From contig JBBAWM010000003.1 in NCBI GenBank assembly GCA_040397175.1, forward strand, positions 64,001 through 128,000: 64,000 nucleotides of DNA, given 5' to 3'. Of the stretch, positions 19,228-29,142 are shown piece after piece (within the stretch, counting starts at the first letter, position 1; each line of letters begins with the position of its first letter). The position numbers and the translations under genes were made by a program. This DNA comes from Candidatus Limnocylindrus sp. GTDB taxonomy: Bacteria > Chloroflexota > Limnocylindria > Limnocylindrales > Limnocylindraceae. The notes under the pieces are model-generated. The model was not told the DNA's origin. It searched no databases and was given only the letters and a program-made list of their open reading frames with translations.

Positions 19228-20458
19228 GAAAGCAAAGCGCACAACGTCTGCCACGAAGAGGTCGACGAAGGCGCCGGTAAAACGACGCTCGCCCCTCCGA
19301 TTCGAACCCGAGCCGGCCCCGGCTCCAGCTGCATGGATCACACGAGAGAGCGGCCCGCTCCAGGCTGCGCGAAATTCACTGCGCGCGAGCACCAGATCGA
19401 TCAGCCGTGGGGCGATCGCTGGAATGCTCGCCCTCTCCCTCATCTTTGGCGCAGCAGGTGGAGCCGCCGCAACGATCTTCCTCCTTGGTGGCCTCTCTAG
19501 GGGTGACATCACGACGCAGATTCGGCAGACACTTGTCTCGGAGCAGTCAGCGATCGTTGCAGTTGCAGAGCGTGTCTCTCCGGCGATCGTGACGCTTGAG
19601 GTTACGACCGCCGCTGGCAAAGCGATCGGATCTGGTGTCATCTATTCCGCTGATGGTTGGATCGTAACCAATAAGCACGTGGTCGCCGATGAGACCGCAA
19701 TCGTCGTGCACCTTAAAGACGGCCGTGACTTCACTGGCACCGTCTACGGCATCGACACCCTCACAGATCTTGCCGTGGTGAAGATCGATGCTGCCGGTTT
19801 GCCTACCGCAACACTCGGGCGCTCAGGCGGTATCAAGGTGGGGCAAACCGCCATTGCAATCGGCTCGCCACTCGGCGTTTACACCAACTCCGTTACCGCC
19901 GGCATCATCTCAGCACTCGGTCGTGACATCACAACGGAGAGTGGATCGATCCACGGTCTGATTCAAACGGACGCCGCAATCAACCCAGGCAACTCCGGTG
20001 GAGCACTGGTTGACTCCAGTGGTGCCGTGATCGGCATCAACACCGCCATCTCAACGGAAGGCTCTGGTATTGGGTTTGCGATCCCCATCGATATCGCTCG
20101 GCCGATCCTTGAGCAGGCCCTTGCGGGCAAGGCCCTCTCACGGCCGTGGATCGGTGTGCGCTACACGGCACTCGACCTGCGGATTGCGACAGAGAACAAG
20201 CTCTTCGTGAGTGCCGGCGCGTGGATCGCCGCCGACGGCACAACGTCACCGATCATTGCGGGGAGCCCAGCGGAGGCGGCAGGACTGAAGGATGGCGACA
20301 TCATTACTGCGGTCAACGACACCTTGATCGATGAGGTGCACCCACTACAAGACCTGCTGGTGCAATACGCGCCAGGAACGTCGATCAAGTTGACGGTGAT
20401 TCGTGATGGCTCGACGATCACCATCACGCTGGAGTTGGGGATCCGCCCGAAAGAGTAG
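19220..20458 (+). CDS. htrA: HtrA/DegP-like serine protease with PDZ domain
   Basis: TNKHV, DLAVVK and QTDAAINPGNSGG motifs; N-terminal TM; C-terminal PDZ. Confidence 0.93.
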   Translation: MIEKAKRTTSATKRSTKAPVKRRSPLRFEPEPAPAPAAWITRESGPLQAARNSLRASTRSISRGAIAGMLALSLIFGAAGGAAATIFLLGGLSRGDITTQIRQTLVSEQSAIVAVAERVSPAIVTLEVTTAAGKAIGSGVIYSADGWIVTNKHVVADETAIVVHLKDGRDFTGTVYGIDTLTDLAVVKIDAAGLPTATLGRSGGIKVGQTAIAIGSPLGVYTNSVTAGIISALGRDITTESGSIHGLIQTDAAINPGNSGGALVDSSGAVIGINTAISTEGSGIGFAIPIDIARPILEQALAGKALSRPWIGVRYTALDLRIATENKLFVSAGAWIAADGTTSPIIAGSPAEAAGLKDGDIITAVNDTLIDEVHPLQDLLVQYAPGTSIKLTVIRDGSTITITLELGIRPKE

Positions 20459-20476
20459 TCCGACGGGTTGGTAGCC

Positions 20477-21823
20477 TTACGGCTTCCGTACGACTTCAAC
20501 GCCCGCCCAATCTATCGGCGCTGCCACGGCAGCTTGCGGTTTGCGGACTCGAACGCGTACCTCGTACACCGTCGCACCGCTCGTTGCTACGACCTCCATG
20601 GCGCCGTCGGCGATGCGCTCGGCGAGCGCCTCAATGAGGTCGGCGTGGCCACCAGCGCCCACTCGTTCAATAGCGACGCGAACGAGCTCGCTGTAATCGA
20701 CAGAGGCGGCGAGTGCGTCACCGCGACCGGCCGGGGCAAGGTCGGCATCAACCTCAACGTCGACGAAGAATGGCTGTGGCTTCTGATGCTCCTCTGGGTA
20801 GACACCATGCGCCGCATCAAAGCGCACGTTGCGCACGGTGATGCGGTCACGCTGGCTCGGACGCGGAGGTCGATCGGCACGATTTGGGTTGGGACCGATG
20901 GCATCGTCAGGCTGATCTCCTCGTGCGCGTAGGGCAGCGTCGATGACGCGCACGGCGTCACGGTTCTCCCGCACATCATGAACTCGCACGATATCGACCC
21001 CGACGATTGCACCGAGCGCACTCGTGGCCAGGGTGGCAGCGAGGCGGTCGGCTGGCGCGCCATCGATCACGCGCCCCAGGGTGGACTTGCGGCTGGTGCC
21101 GAGCAGCACCGGGTGGCCCAGGTCCCGCAGGGCGCCGAGGAGGCGCAGGCTCACAAGGTTCTGTGCGGGCCCCTTCCCGAAGCCGAATCCAGGATCGAGG
21201 ATCAGCCGCTCTGGCGGGATGCCGAGGGCGCGCCCACGCGCGGCAACCGTCGCCATCTCCTCTAAGAACTCTTCGGGAAAATTGGCTGCGTGCGCGCCGG
21301 TGGCGATCTCCCGACGGTTATGCATGACGACGATTGGCACGTTGCGCTCTGCGGCAAGTCGAAGCATCTCATCGCCTGAGCGCGTGCCCCAGATGTCATT
21401 CAGCATGTGCGCCCCAGCGTCGAGTGCGGCGGCGGCAACGTCGACCTTCTGGGTATCGGCGCTGAGCGCCAGTGTTGGCAGCACTCGGCGCAGTCGTTCA
21501 ATGGCAGGGACCAGGCGCGCGATCTCATCGGCCGCCGAGATCTCGGTGTGCCCCGGACGTGTTGACTCAGCACCAAGGTCGAGCAGATCGGCTCCGTCAC
21601 GCACGGCGGTGCGCGCGAGCAACTCCACGCGATCCAACAGTTCGACGGTCGCTTCCAATGAGGTCATCAACCCATCTCCTGAGAAGCTATCCGGAGTGAG
21701 GTTTGCCACCGCCATCACGTAGGTGCGGCTCCCCCATACGACGTGCAGGGGGCCGATCGTCGTAGCTGGAATCGGTGCATAGGAGTAGCTGAGCGCTTCG
21801 CGGTTCATGGAGGCCTCACTCAT
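20477..21823 (-). CDS. folP-folB: Fused dihydropteroate synthase (N-term) / dihydroneopterin aldolase (C-term)
   Basis: NLTPDSFS, ESTRPG, DPGFGFGK, SRKS and RVHDV, followed by HGVYPEE, SVDYSEL, LIEALAE and VRKP in one ORF. Confidence 0.9.
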   Translation of the reverse strand: MSEASMNREALSYSYAPIPATTIGPLHVVWGSRTYVMAVANLTPDSFSGDGLMTSLEATVELLDRVELLARTAVRDGADLLDLGAESTRPGHTEISAADEIARLVPAIERLRRVLPTLALSADTQKVDVAAAALDAGAHMLNDIWGTRSGDEMLRLAAERNVPIVVMHNRREIATGAHAANFPEEFLEEMATVAARGRALGIPPERLILDPGFGFGKGPAQNLVSLRLLGALRDLGHPVLLGTSRKSTLGRVIDGAPADRLAATLATSALGAIVGVDIVRVHDVRENRDAVRVIDAALRARGDQPDDAIGPNPNRADRPPRPSQRDRITVRNVRFDAAHGVYPEEHQKPQPFFVDVEVDADLAPAGRGDALAASVDYSELVRVAIERVGAGGHADLIEALAERIADGAMEVVATSGATVYEVRVRVRKPQAAVAAPIDWAGVEVVRKP

Positions 21824-23304
21824 GTCGCTGATCCTGCCACGTCATCACGGCTTCCGTCATCTGGAAGAACACCTCGCCTCATGAGTTCACCGCGGATCGC
21901 ACCAACCAGATACAACGAACCGGCAGCAATGACTGAACCCTGCTGCTGCGCAGCAAGCACGAGTGCCGCGTTTGGGTTTGCAGCGACTTGCACCTGTGCG
22001 CCCAAACCATTGGCGCGGGCCGCTGCCGCAAGCTGCTCAGGGGCAAGGGAGCGCACATCACCAACGCTCGTACAGATCACGTGCGCGGCACGGAGCATTG
22101 GTGCGGATGCCAACGCCTTGCTCAGCTCCGAGAACGACTTGTCGGCCATCACTGCAAGGATCAACACGGCGGGTATGTTTCGTGTGCCGTTGGCGCTCAG
22201 GAGGTGCGGTCCGAGATCTTCGAGTGCTGTGGCGAGTGCCGCGGCACCATCTTCATTGTGTGCACCGTCAAGGAGTAGATCGCGTGCATCGCCCCCGCCG
22301 AGCGCGTTCGAGATCAGCTCCATCCGACCCGGCCAACGCGCCGCAGCAAAACCGGTGCGCATCTCGTCGTCACTGACCGAGGCGATCCCTGCATCACGAA
22401 GTGCGTCGAGTGTCGCTGCTGCGACCGCCGCGTTCGCCCCTTGGTGTCGTCCGAGCAAACTAACGTGCACCGCCCCGCGACCCTCAAGCTCTACCTCTAT
22501 GCCATCACGGCCAAGCGAACGAATTTCGCCAGCACGAGCAATCGTGAATGGCGCGCCAACGCGTTGCGCACGATGGCGAATCACATCCAGGGCACCACCG
22601 CGCTCGCTCGCGCCAATCACTGCACGATCTCCGCGCACGATGATCGCCGCCTTCTCTTTGGCAATCGCCTCGATGGTGTCGCCCAGGTATTGCTGATGGT
22701 CCAAGCCCACATTCGTCACGACCGCAACACCGCCATCCCAGGCATGCGTCGCATCGAGCCGGCCGCCAAGCCCAACCTCAACGATCGCCGTAGTGACCTC
22801 AGCCTGGTGCAGCGCCGCAAAGATGGCGCCGACGAGGATCTCGAACTCGGTCGCTGGCCCGACACGAGCCTCAATCTGGTCGGCGGCATCGAGGGCGCGC
22901 GCAACCGCCTGCGCAAACGGCAGCGGGGCGAGTGGCTGTCCGTCGATCTGCACCCGCTCGCGGTAGCTAACGAGGTGCGGCTTCGGCGTGGTGGCGTGGC
23001 GAATCCCCGCCGCGCGGAGGGCCGCCGAGACGAGGGCGACGACACTCCCCTTGCCGTTGGTTCCGGCGACGAGTGCGCCACGGACACCCGCTTCAGGCGA
23101 TCCAAGTGCGCGCAGGAGGGCATTTGATCGCCCGAGTCCCATGCGAATGCCGAAGCGTCCTCGCGACTCGAGCGCTACGAGTGCGGCACGCCACGCGTCG
23201 GCACCTCGCCCCTCTCCTGCGGCAAGAACGACCTCGGCGCGAGCACGCGCAACGCGATCGCGCATCTCGAGGATCAACTGTGGGTCACTCGGCTGATCGG
23301 GCAT
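21820..23304 (-). CDS. folC: Folylpolyglutamate synthase/dihydrofolate synthase
   Basis: VAGTNGKGS, EVGLGGRLDAT, DGAHN and GSLYLVG motifs; TACGCT-6nt-ATG at 23304. Confidence 0.92.
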   Translation of the reverse strand: MPDQPSDPQLILEMRDRVARARAEVVLAAGEGRGADAWRAALVALESRGRFGIRMGLGRSNALLRALGSPEAGVRGALVAGTNGKGSVVALVSAALRAAGIRHATTPKPHLVSYRERVQIDGQPLAPLPFAQAVARALDAADQIEARVGPATEFEILVGAIFAALHQAEVTTAIVEVGLGGRLDATHAWDGGVAVVTNVGLDHQQYLGDTIEAIAKEKAAIIVRGDRAVIGASERGGALDVIRHRAQRVGAPFTIARAGEIRSLGRDGIEVELEGRGAVHVSLLGRHQGANAAVAAATLDALRDAGIASVSDDEMRTGFAAARWPGRMELISNALGGGDARDLLLDGAHNEDGAAALATALEDLGPHLLSANGTRNIPAVLILAVMADKSFSELSKALASAPMLRAAHVICTSVGDVRSLAPEQLAAAARANGLGAQVQVAANPNAALVLAAQQQGSVIAAGSLYLVGAIRGELMRRGVLPDDGSRDDVAGSAT

Positions 23305-23350
23305 CGTTGGAGCGTAGCGGTCTCGGCGCGCTGCGTGCGAGAATCGCCCC

Positions 23351-24517
23351 ATGGGACTCTTCCGTCGATCGAGTTCGAAGCCACCACGGCGCGGCCTTCC
23401 AGGCCGTTCCGAGGGGTACACACCCCCCTACCGCGTTGAGTCCACCTCGCATCGATCTACCTCCTCACGCAGCATTGGTGGAACGATCGCAACGACCCTC
23501 TCTGCGTTCATCACGCTCTTCGTCATTGTCGGGGCCATCGGCCTCGCAGTTGTTGCGCTTCCGCTCATCACCACGTTCGGCGGCAACGCGTCGCCAACGC
23601 CGCCACCCGCCTCACTTGAGCCGGGACGGCCAACCCTGACAGCGCCGAGCGATCCAATCACTTCCGCATCAACGATTACCGTCAGTGGCACGCTCCCACA
23701 AGACCTTCTCGACAAAGGTGATGCGACGATTCGCATCCTCATTACCCGTGACGATGGCTCGGTGATTACCGCGGCCGAAATCAAGATGCCGAAGACAGCA
23801 GGGTTTGACGTTGCCCAGATTCCGCTCTCCTCGGGCAAGAACGTCATTGAGGCGGCCGTGGTCATCAATGGTGTTGAGGGGACGCGCTCCGCTCCGATCA
23901 CCGTCGTGCGCGATACGAGTGCACCGGTGCTCACCATCACGGCACCCACCCCTGGCGAGATCATGAATGGCGACTCTGTCACCGTGACGGGAAAGACGGA
24001 CAAGGATATTGACGTTCAGGTCCGCAACGAAACAACTGGGACAATCGAGAGTGGTCGCACCACGACGAAGGGTGCCTTCGCCATCGACATCACACTGCGC
24101 AATGGCGCCAACGTGCTGACGATCACCGCAACAGATGGCGCAGGGAACCAGACTTCAAAGAGCGTCGAGATTTCAACCAGCGCATCGGTCGGTCGAATCT
24201 CCATAGTCTTGAATCCAGGGACGATCATTTTAAGCAAGAAGCCAATCGCATTCCGCATCACTTCAACGGCTACAGATTCAAGCGGCGCACCAGCGGCGAA
24301 TGTGCGGGTGTGTATGTATGTGACTCCATATAGAATGAAGCCGAGCGATCCAGTCTGCGTCACCTCTGACGTCAATGGGCGAGCGGCATGGGATTATGTG
24401 TTCCCCGACAGCTACGTCGATGAGGGGCGCGGGTTGGTGACGGTGAGCTATGAGCTTGCGGTTGGAGATCCGATCTTGGGGACGCAGAGTTTTCACTCCT
24501 ACCTGGTAAAGCCGTGA
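23351..24517 (+). CDS. Membrane-anchored protein with bacterial Ig-like domains
   Basis: Single TM, then Thr-rich beta repeats (DTSAPVLTITAP, ITATDGAGN). Confidence 0.7.
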   Translation: MGLFRRSSSKPPRRGLPGRSEGYTPPYRVESTSHRSTSSRSIGGTIATTLSAFITLFVIVGAIGLAVVALPLITTFGGNASPTPPPASLEPGRPTLTAPSDPITSASTITVSGTLPQDLLDKGDATIRILITRDDGSVITAAEIKMPKTAGFDVAQIPLSSGKNVIEAAVVINGVEGTRSAPITVVRDTSAPVLTITAPTPGEIMNGDSVTVTGKTDKDIDVQVRNETTGTIESGRTTTKGAFAIDITLRNGANVLTITATDGAGNQTSKSVEISTSASVGRISIVLNPGTIILSKKPIAFRITSTATDSSGAPAANVRVCMYVTPYRMKPSDPVCVTSDVNGRAAWDYVFPDSYVDEGRGLVTVSYELAVGDPILGTQSFHSYLVKP

Positions 24518-24840
24518 GTGCTGCGCCAGCCCTCACCTGGCGCTGTCCAACGTGTAACGCCATCCAAGAGGAGTCTGGGCAGTGCTGGGTCTGCAAGACA
24601 CCAACTGCGTCGTGCGGAAGTTGCCGACACATGCGTCGATCGGTCATTGGCAAGATCTCGTACTGCGGCATCGATAAGAAGCGTCGACTTGTCGCGGAGA
24701 TCGACGTGAAGGAGTGTTGGACCGCCCCTGTGCCCTTGCAGGCCGCAGCACAGCGAGAGCGTGGAGTAGATGGAACGCTCGCGGAACGTCCTCGGTTGAG
24801 TTGGGTGAGTGGCGGACTCTGGGAGGGCCTAGAGGCCTAG
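24514..24840 (+). CDS. Cys-rich hypothetical protein (zinc-ribbon/Fe-S candidate)
   Basis: CPTC...CWVC...CGSC...C...C; GTGA overlap with upstream gene. Confidence 0.6.
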   Translation: MSAAPALTWRCPTCNAIQEESGQCWVCKTPTASCGSCRHMRRSVIGKISYCGIDKKRRLVAEIDVKECWTAPVPLQAAAQRERGVDGTLAERPRLSWVSGGLWEGLEA

Positions 24841-24845
24841 CCGCG

Positions 24846-26666
24846 CTACGGACAACCGGTGATCGGCGTACCTGCTGGCGCACTCGTCACGATCGTAATC
24901 TCACTCCCAGGTTCCACGAAGACTCCGACGAGCGGCGTGAACGTGTCGATGCGATCAGTTTCGGTCAGCGCCGCTGAGGCAGTGCTCAACGAGAGGCCGA
25001 GCTCCGTCAGGATCGCCTTCGCGTCGCGGACGCTCGAGCAGCGGAGATCCGGAACCTGTGGCCAGTCGGCCCCGCTCGAGCTTGCCGAAGGGCTTGGCGA
25101 TGGCTCCACACCAAGGGAGATGACGATATCGATCGCCGTTCCACCCGATACCTGCACCCCTGGACGCGGATTCTGTTGGATCACCTCACCGACTGGCACC
25201 GTGTCGGAGTATTCCGTAAAGGTCGCGCCGCGGACCAGCCGTGCCCCAGTCAGTGCTGCGGCGGCATCTACCTCACTCTTTCCACGAACATCGGGGACCA
25301 CCACAAAACCGGTACCGGCCACAACCCGAACCTCAATGATGGTGTTCAACGGCACCAGGGTTTCGCTGCCTGGCGACTGCGAGAGGATCGTGTCCACCGG
25401 CTGATCATTTGAGGTGACCCGCTCAACAACCTGAACGCGCAGGCCAAGTCCCTCAGCGATCGGGATCGCCTCAGCAAGCGTGAGCGTGGTGAGGCTCGGC
25501 ACCTTCACGTTGTTATCCGGGCCGATTCCGGCGGAGAACACCCGCAGCGCCAAGATCACACCCCCCACAAGGAGGAGCGCGGTAAGTGCGACGCCGCCGA
25601 TCGCCAAGAGCATCGTGCGCAGCGACATCGTGTCACCCGCGCCAGAGGGATCCTCACCGCCCACATCGTTCGGGTCCGGCAGTGTCTCGGGCTCACCCGG
25701 TCCAGCCTCTGCTGCAACTCGTGCGACACGTGTTCCCGCAAGGGCACGTGGTGCTCCGGCGGCGGGCCCAACCGGTCGCGACGGAACGGCGGTGCGATTC
25801 GCCTGTACGACATAGGTTTCGAGCGCATCTGCGGCGGCGGTGGCGTTGACGTAGCGCTCATTCGGTTTCGGCGCCAGCAGTCGCATCGTGATCAGGTCGA
25901 GCTCCTGCGAGATATCGGGTCGCAGCTCGCGAGGCGATGGGGCTGGTGATTGGCCGCGGCGCTCCTTCAGCTCTGCGCCACTCAAGCGGTCAAATGGGCG
26001 ATGCCCCGTTAGGAGCTCAAAGAGCACAACGCCGAGGCCGAAGACGTCTGATGCTGCGGTCTGTGGTCCGCCCGCCAACACCTCGGGCGCTAGGTACCCA
26101 ACTGAACCTTCGGGCCGCTGCCCGCTCCGCGCGGCCGCTTCACTTCCGTCAACCTCGTGCATTGCCTGTGCAATACCGAAGTCGGCGATCTGCGCACGAC
26201 CTTCTCGATTGATCAAGATGTTGCGCGACGAGACGTCGCGATGGATGATGCCGCGCACATGTGCAGCGGCAAGTCCACGAGCGACTTGCGCGGCAACGGC
26301 TGCTGCACGACGCGGGACAAGCGGACCCACTCGTCGCAACATGGAGGCCAGGTCCTCGCCGTCGACGAACTCCATGACGATGGCTGGGGTTTCGCCATCC
26401 GGCGCAACGTCGAAGACGGCGGCAACATTCGGGTGTGCGACGATTGCGGCGGCGCGACCCTCGGCGCGGAATCGATCAGCGGCGGCACGCGATGTTGCGA
26501 GCGGCGCGCGCAGCACCTTTACGGCTACGTCGCGGCCGAGCGCCTCATCGGTTGCGCGAAAGACGAGTGCAGCGGCCCCTTCACCGATCAGCTCTTGTAG
26601 GCGATATCGACCGGCAACCAGGTCACCGGGCTTCAGCGTTCCCTCATCGCGCTCTGATGGTGTCAT
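24846..26666 (-). CDS. Hanks-type Ser/Thr kinase with TM and PASTA repeats (PknB-like)
   Basis: VAVK, HRDVSSRN, DFG and YLAPE motifs; TM; three VP-x-L/V PASTA-like repeats. Confidence 0.9.
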   Translation of the reverse strand: MTPSERDEGTLKPGDLVAGRYRLQELIGEGAAALVFRATDEALGRDVAVKVLRAPLATSRAAADRFRAEGRAAAIVAHPNVAAVFDVAPDGETPAIVMEFVDGEDLASMLRRVGPLVPRRAAAVAAQVARGLAAAHVRGIIHRDVSSRNILINREGRAQIADFGIAQAMHEVDGSEAAARSGQRPEGSVGYLAPEVLAGGPQTAASDVFGLGVVLFELLTGHRPFDRLSGAELKERRGQSPAPSPRELRPDISQELDLITMRLLAPKPNERYVNATAAADALETYVVQANRTAVPSRPVGPAAGAPRALAGTRVARVAAEAGPGEPETLPDPNDVGGEDPSGAGDTMSLRTMLLAIGGVALTALLLVGGVILALRVFSAGIGPDNNVKVPSLTTLTLAEAIPIAEGLGLRVQVVERVTSNDQPVDTILSQSPGSETLVPLNTIIEVRVVAGTGFVVVPDVRGKSEVDAAAALTGARLVRGATFTEYSDTVPVGEVIQQNPRPGVQVSGGTAIDIVISLGVEPSPSPSASSSGADWPQVPDLRCSSVRDAKAILTELGLSLSTASAALTETDRIDTFTPLVGVFVEPGSEITIVTSAPAGTPITGCP

Positions 26667-27550
26667 GACAGGCGATCACGCTCTTCTTCGATCGCCTTGC
26701 GCACAATAGGTCCGTACATCGGATGGTCGAGCGCAACGTGGATGTTGGCGCGAAGCCACCCCTCTGGCGATCCGACGTCGTATCGCGTTCCGGTGAAGTG
26801 GCGTCCAACCACTGGCTGCTCTTGGGCCAGGGTATGGATTGCGTCGGTGAGCTGGATCTCACCGTTCAGGCCGTGGGGCGTTTGCTCCAATCGCTCGAAA
26901 ATCTTTGGGCCGAGAATGTAGCGACCAACCACCGCAAGATCGGATGGAGCGTGCGCTGCGTCGGGCTTCTCAACGACGCCGCGGAGCGGAATGGTTCGGC
27001 CCTGATCGCTGATTGGCAGCGTGGTGTCGGGGTCAACAATGCCGTAGCGGTGTGTCTCTGATGGCGCGACACGCATTACGCCGAGTACCGACGCCTGTGT
27101 CGCTACATACGCCTCGATCAGCTCGGCAAGCGCGGGGGTTTCGCCAAAGATCAGGTCGTCGGGGAGCATGACCGCAAAAGGCTCATGACCTACGGCGTCT
27201 TGCGCCATCAGCACGGCGTGGCCAAGGCCGAGCTGCTCTTTCTGACGGATCGTCACAAGGTGCACCATGTCGGCAACCGCGCGCACCGCACGAAGGTGCT
27301 CAATGTCGCCACGCTGCTCCAGGATCGCCTCGAGGTCGGCCGAGATGTCGAAGTGATCTTCGATCGCCCGTTTATGTTCACTCGTCACCAGAATAACCCG
27401 CTCGATTCCCGCCGCAACCGCCTCTTCAATGGCGTACTGAATGGCGGGCCGATCAACGATCGGGAGCAGCTCCTTGGGCACGGCCTTCGTCGCAGGAAGG
27501 AATCGGGTGCCCCATCCGGCTACTGGGAGAACTGCGGTGCGGATCTTCAT
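26663..27550 (-). CDS. galU: UTP--glucose-1-phosphate uridylyltransferase
   Basis: VAGWGTRFLPATKAVPKE, LGLGHAV, VEKP and EIQLTDAI motifs. Confidence 0.95.
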   Translation of the reverse strand: MKIRTAVLPVAGWGTRFLPATKAVPKELLPIVDRPAIQYAIEEAVAAGIERVILVTSEHKRAIEDHFDISADLEAILEQRGDIEHLRAVRAVADMVHLVTIRQKEQLGLGHAVLMAQDAVGHEPFAVMLPDDLIFGETPALAELIEAYVATQASVLGVMRVAPSETHRYGIVDPDTTLPISDQGRTIPLRGVVEKPDAAHAPSDLAVVGRYILGPKIFERLEQTPHGLNGEIQLTDAIHTLAQEQPVVGRHFTGTRYDVGSPEGWLRANIHVALDHPMYGPIVRKAIEEERDRLS

Positions 27551-27587
27551 TGGGGCCTCCGTGCGGTGCTGGGGTTCAGGATACCAG

Positions 27588-28631
27588 TCACCCCTCGTGG
27601 CGAACCCACCTCAATAGTGCACGGATTGGCGTGCCAACGAGTGGCAGGCGCACCTCGCTTGGCGCTTCAACGCTGGCGAGGAAGCCGCAGAGCAAGAGCA
27701 GTGCCCCGAGGAGCTTTCCGGCCTGATACCCCTCAGTCGAACCGGCACGATTCAAGGTATCGGTGAGGCTTGGCACAAAGGCGCCGAGGGCAATGAGCGC
27801 CGTTGCCGGTACGCGGCGGTTTAGGGTGCCAGCGCGCCATGCTCGCCAGGCATCGGGAACGCTGCGCACGAAGTTCACGGTAAGGGCTACTGGGGCAATC
27901 GCAAGGTTGAAGAGCAGCTCGTCACCACGCTGATCAGGATCACTCGAGTAGGGGAGCACGCGGCGCTTCGGCATGAAAACGTAGATCGAAAAGAGGGCGC
28001 CAGTCAGGAGCGCGAGTCCACCACTCACATTCAAGATCGGTGTGAGCAGGCGCAGTGCAGGCGGAAGCAAGAGGGCAATCGGCGCACCAGTCGCCGGGTC
28101 GGTCGCCCAGCCCGGTGGCGGGAGTCGTACGACCACCATGAGTGGCACTGCGGCGGCGCTCAACACTGCGGTTAACGAGATCGCAACACGCGCCCAGCGC
28201 ACATTACCCATGTACGAGAGCCAGCCAATGGCAATTGCAGCGCCCCACGCGGTCAGTGAGTAGAGCAGCGCCGTTGGCCCAGCAGATGGATCTTCGAGTC
28301 GGCGTGCGACCAGAATCGTAAAGAGGCCAGAGAGTGCTAAGCAGAGCGCATACCAATAACCGAAGCGCGTTTTCGCGAGCAGCAGAATGGTTCCAGCGCC
28401 AAGCCATCCTGCAGTCCATACCGCACCAAAGAGATACCAAACGCGATAGATCGGCTCGCTCCAACCTACGACGGCCGCGAGTGCCTCCGCTCCAGCGGCA
28501 ATCGCAAAGGCAAGCGCACCAATGCCCCACGCCAACTGATACGCGCCCCGACGGGATCGATACTGATCAATGAGCAGTGCTGCGAACAGCAGGGCGAAGA
28601 GTGCGGTGAGTGTTGGTAGGAGCGTGGTCAC
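27588..28631 (-). CDS. Conserved polytopic membrane protein, unknown function
   Basis: About 9 TM segments; GW...YRVWYLFGA pattern. Confidence 0.7.
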   Translation of the reverse strand: MTTLLPTLTALFALLFAALLIDQYRSRRGAYQLAWGIGALAFAIAAGAEALAAVVGWSEPIYRVWYLFGAVWTAGWLGAGTILLLAKTRFGYWYALCLALSGLFTILVARRLEDPSAGPTALLYSLTAWGAAIAIGWLSYMGNVRWARVAISLTAVLSAAAVPLMVVVRLPPPGWATDPATGAPIALLLPPALRLLTPILNVSGGLALLTGALFSIYVFMPKRRVLPYSSDPDQRGDELLFNLAIAPVALTVNFVRSVPDAWRAWRAGTLNRRVPATALIALGAFVPSLTDTLNRAGSTEGYQAGKLLGALLLLCGFLASVEAPSEVRLPLVGTPIRALLRWVRHEG

Positions 28632-28643
28632 GCCAGGTCCGGC

Positions 28644-29000
28644 CTACGCCGGCTGAAACTCGTGTGCATCGTGATGCAGGCCATCACAGAGGCCAAACTC
28701 GGCGCCAGCGCCGTGTGGCAGACGGATCGGTCGCATGATCTCGCGCACACCACTGCGGTCGCAACGGAGCCAGCCACGCTCTGCCATCCAGCGCGGCGGG
28801 CAGGCGGGATCGGTGCAGAACTGAAATGGTCCAGGATTGATCGGCGATGGCTCGCCGAACGATGGGGCAACTTCCGTTGCGGTGGTGTCGAGCACGCTGA
28901 TGCGAAACGGGGTGCCAGCGATCTGCGCCGAGCAGCCATCGCATCGCGCGGCACTATTCTCGGCGATGATGGTGGGGATGCGGATGCCATTCACTTCCAT
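28644..29000 (-). CDS. Cys/His-rich hypothetical protein (zinc finger candidate)
   Basis: CDGC...FCTDPAC...C...CDGLHHDAH; TACGAT upstream of ATG at 29000. Confidence 0.6.
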   Translation of the reverse strand: MEVNGIRIPTIIAENSAARCDGCSAQIAGTPFRISVLDTTATEVAPSFGEPSPINPGPFQFCTDPACPPRWMAERGWLRCDRSGVREIMRPIRLPHGAGAEFGLCDGLHHDAHEFQPA

Positions 29001-29142
29001 AGGAATCTGATCGTACCTGAGGCTGCGCCGACCTGGCGCCGAGCGCAGCCCCGTCGGTGACCCGGCTACGGAGGCCGACGAGCCGTAGCTCACCACAAAC
29101 GCCGAGAAGGTCGTACCCTAGAGCCATGAGGATGCTGACGAG

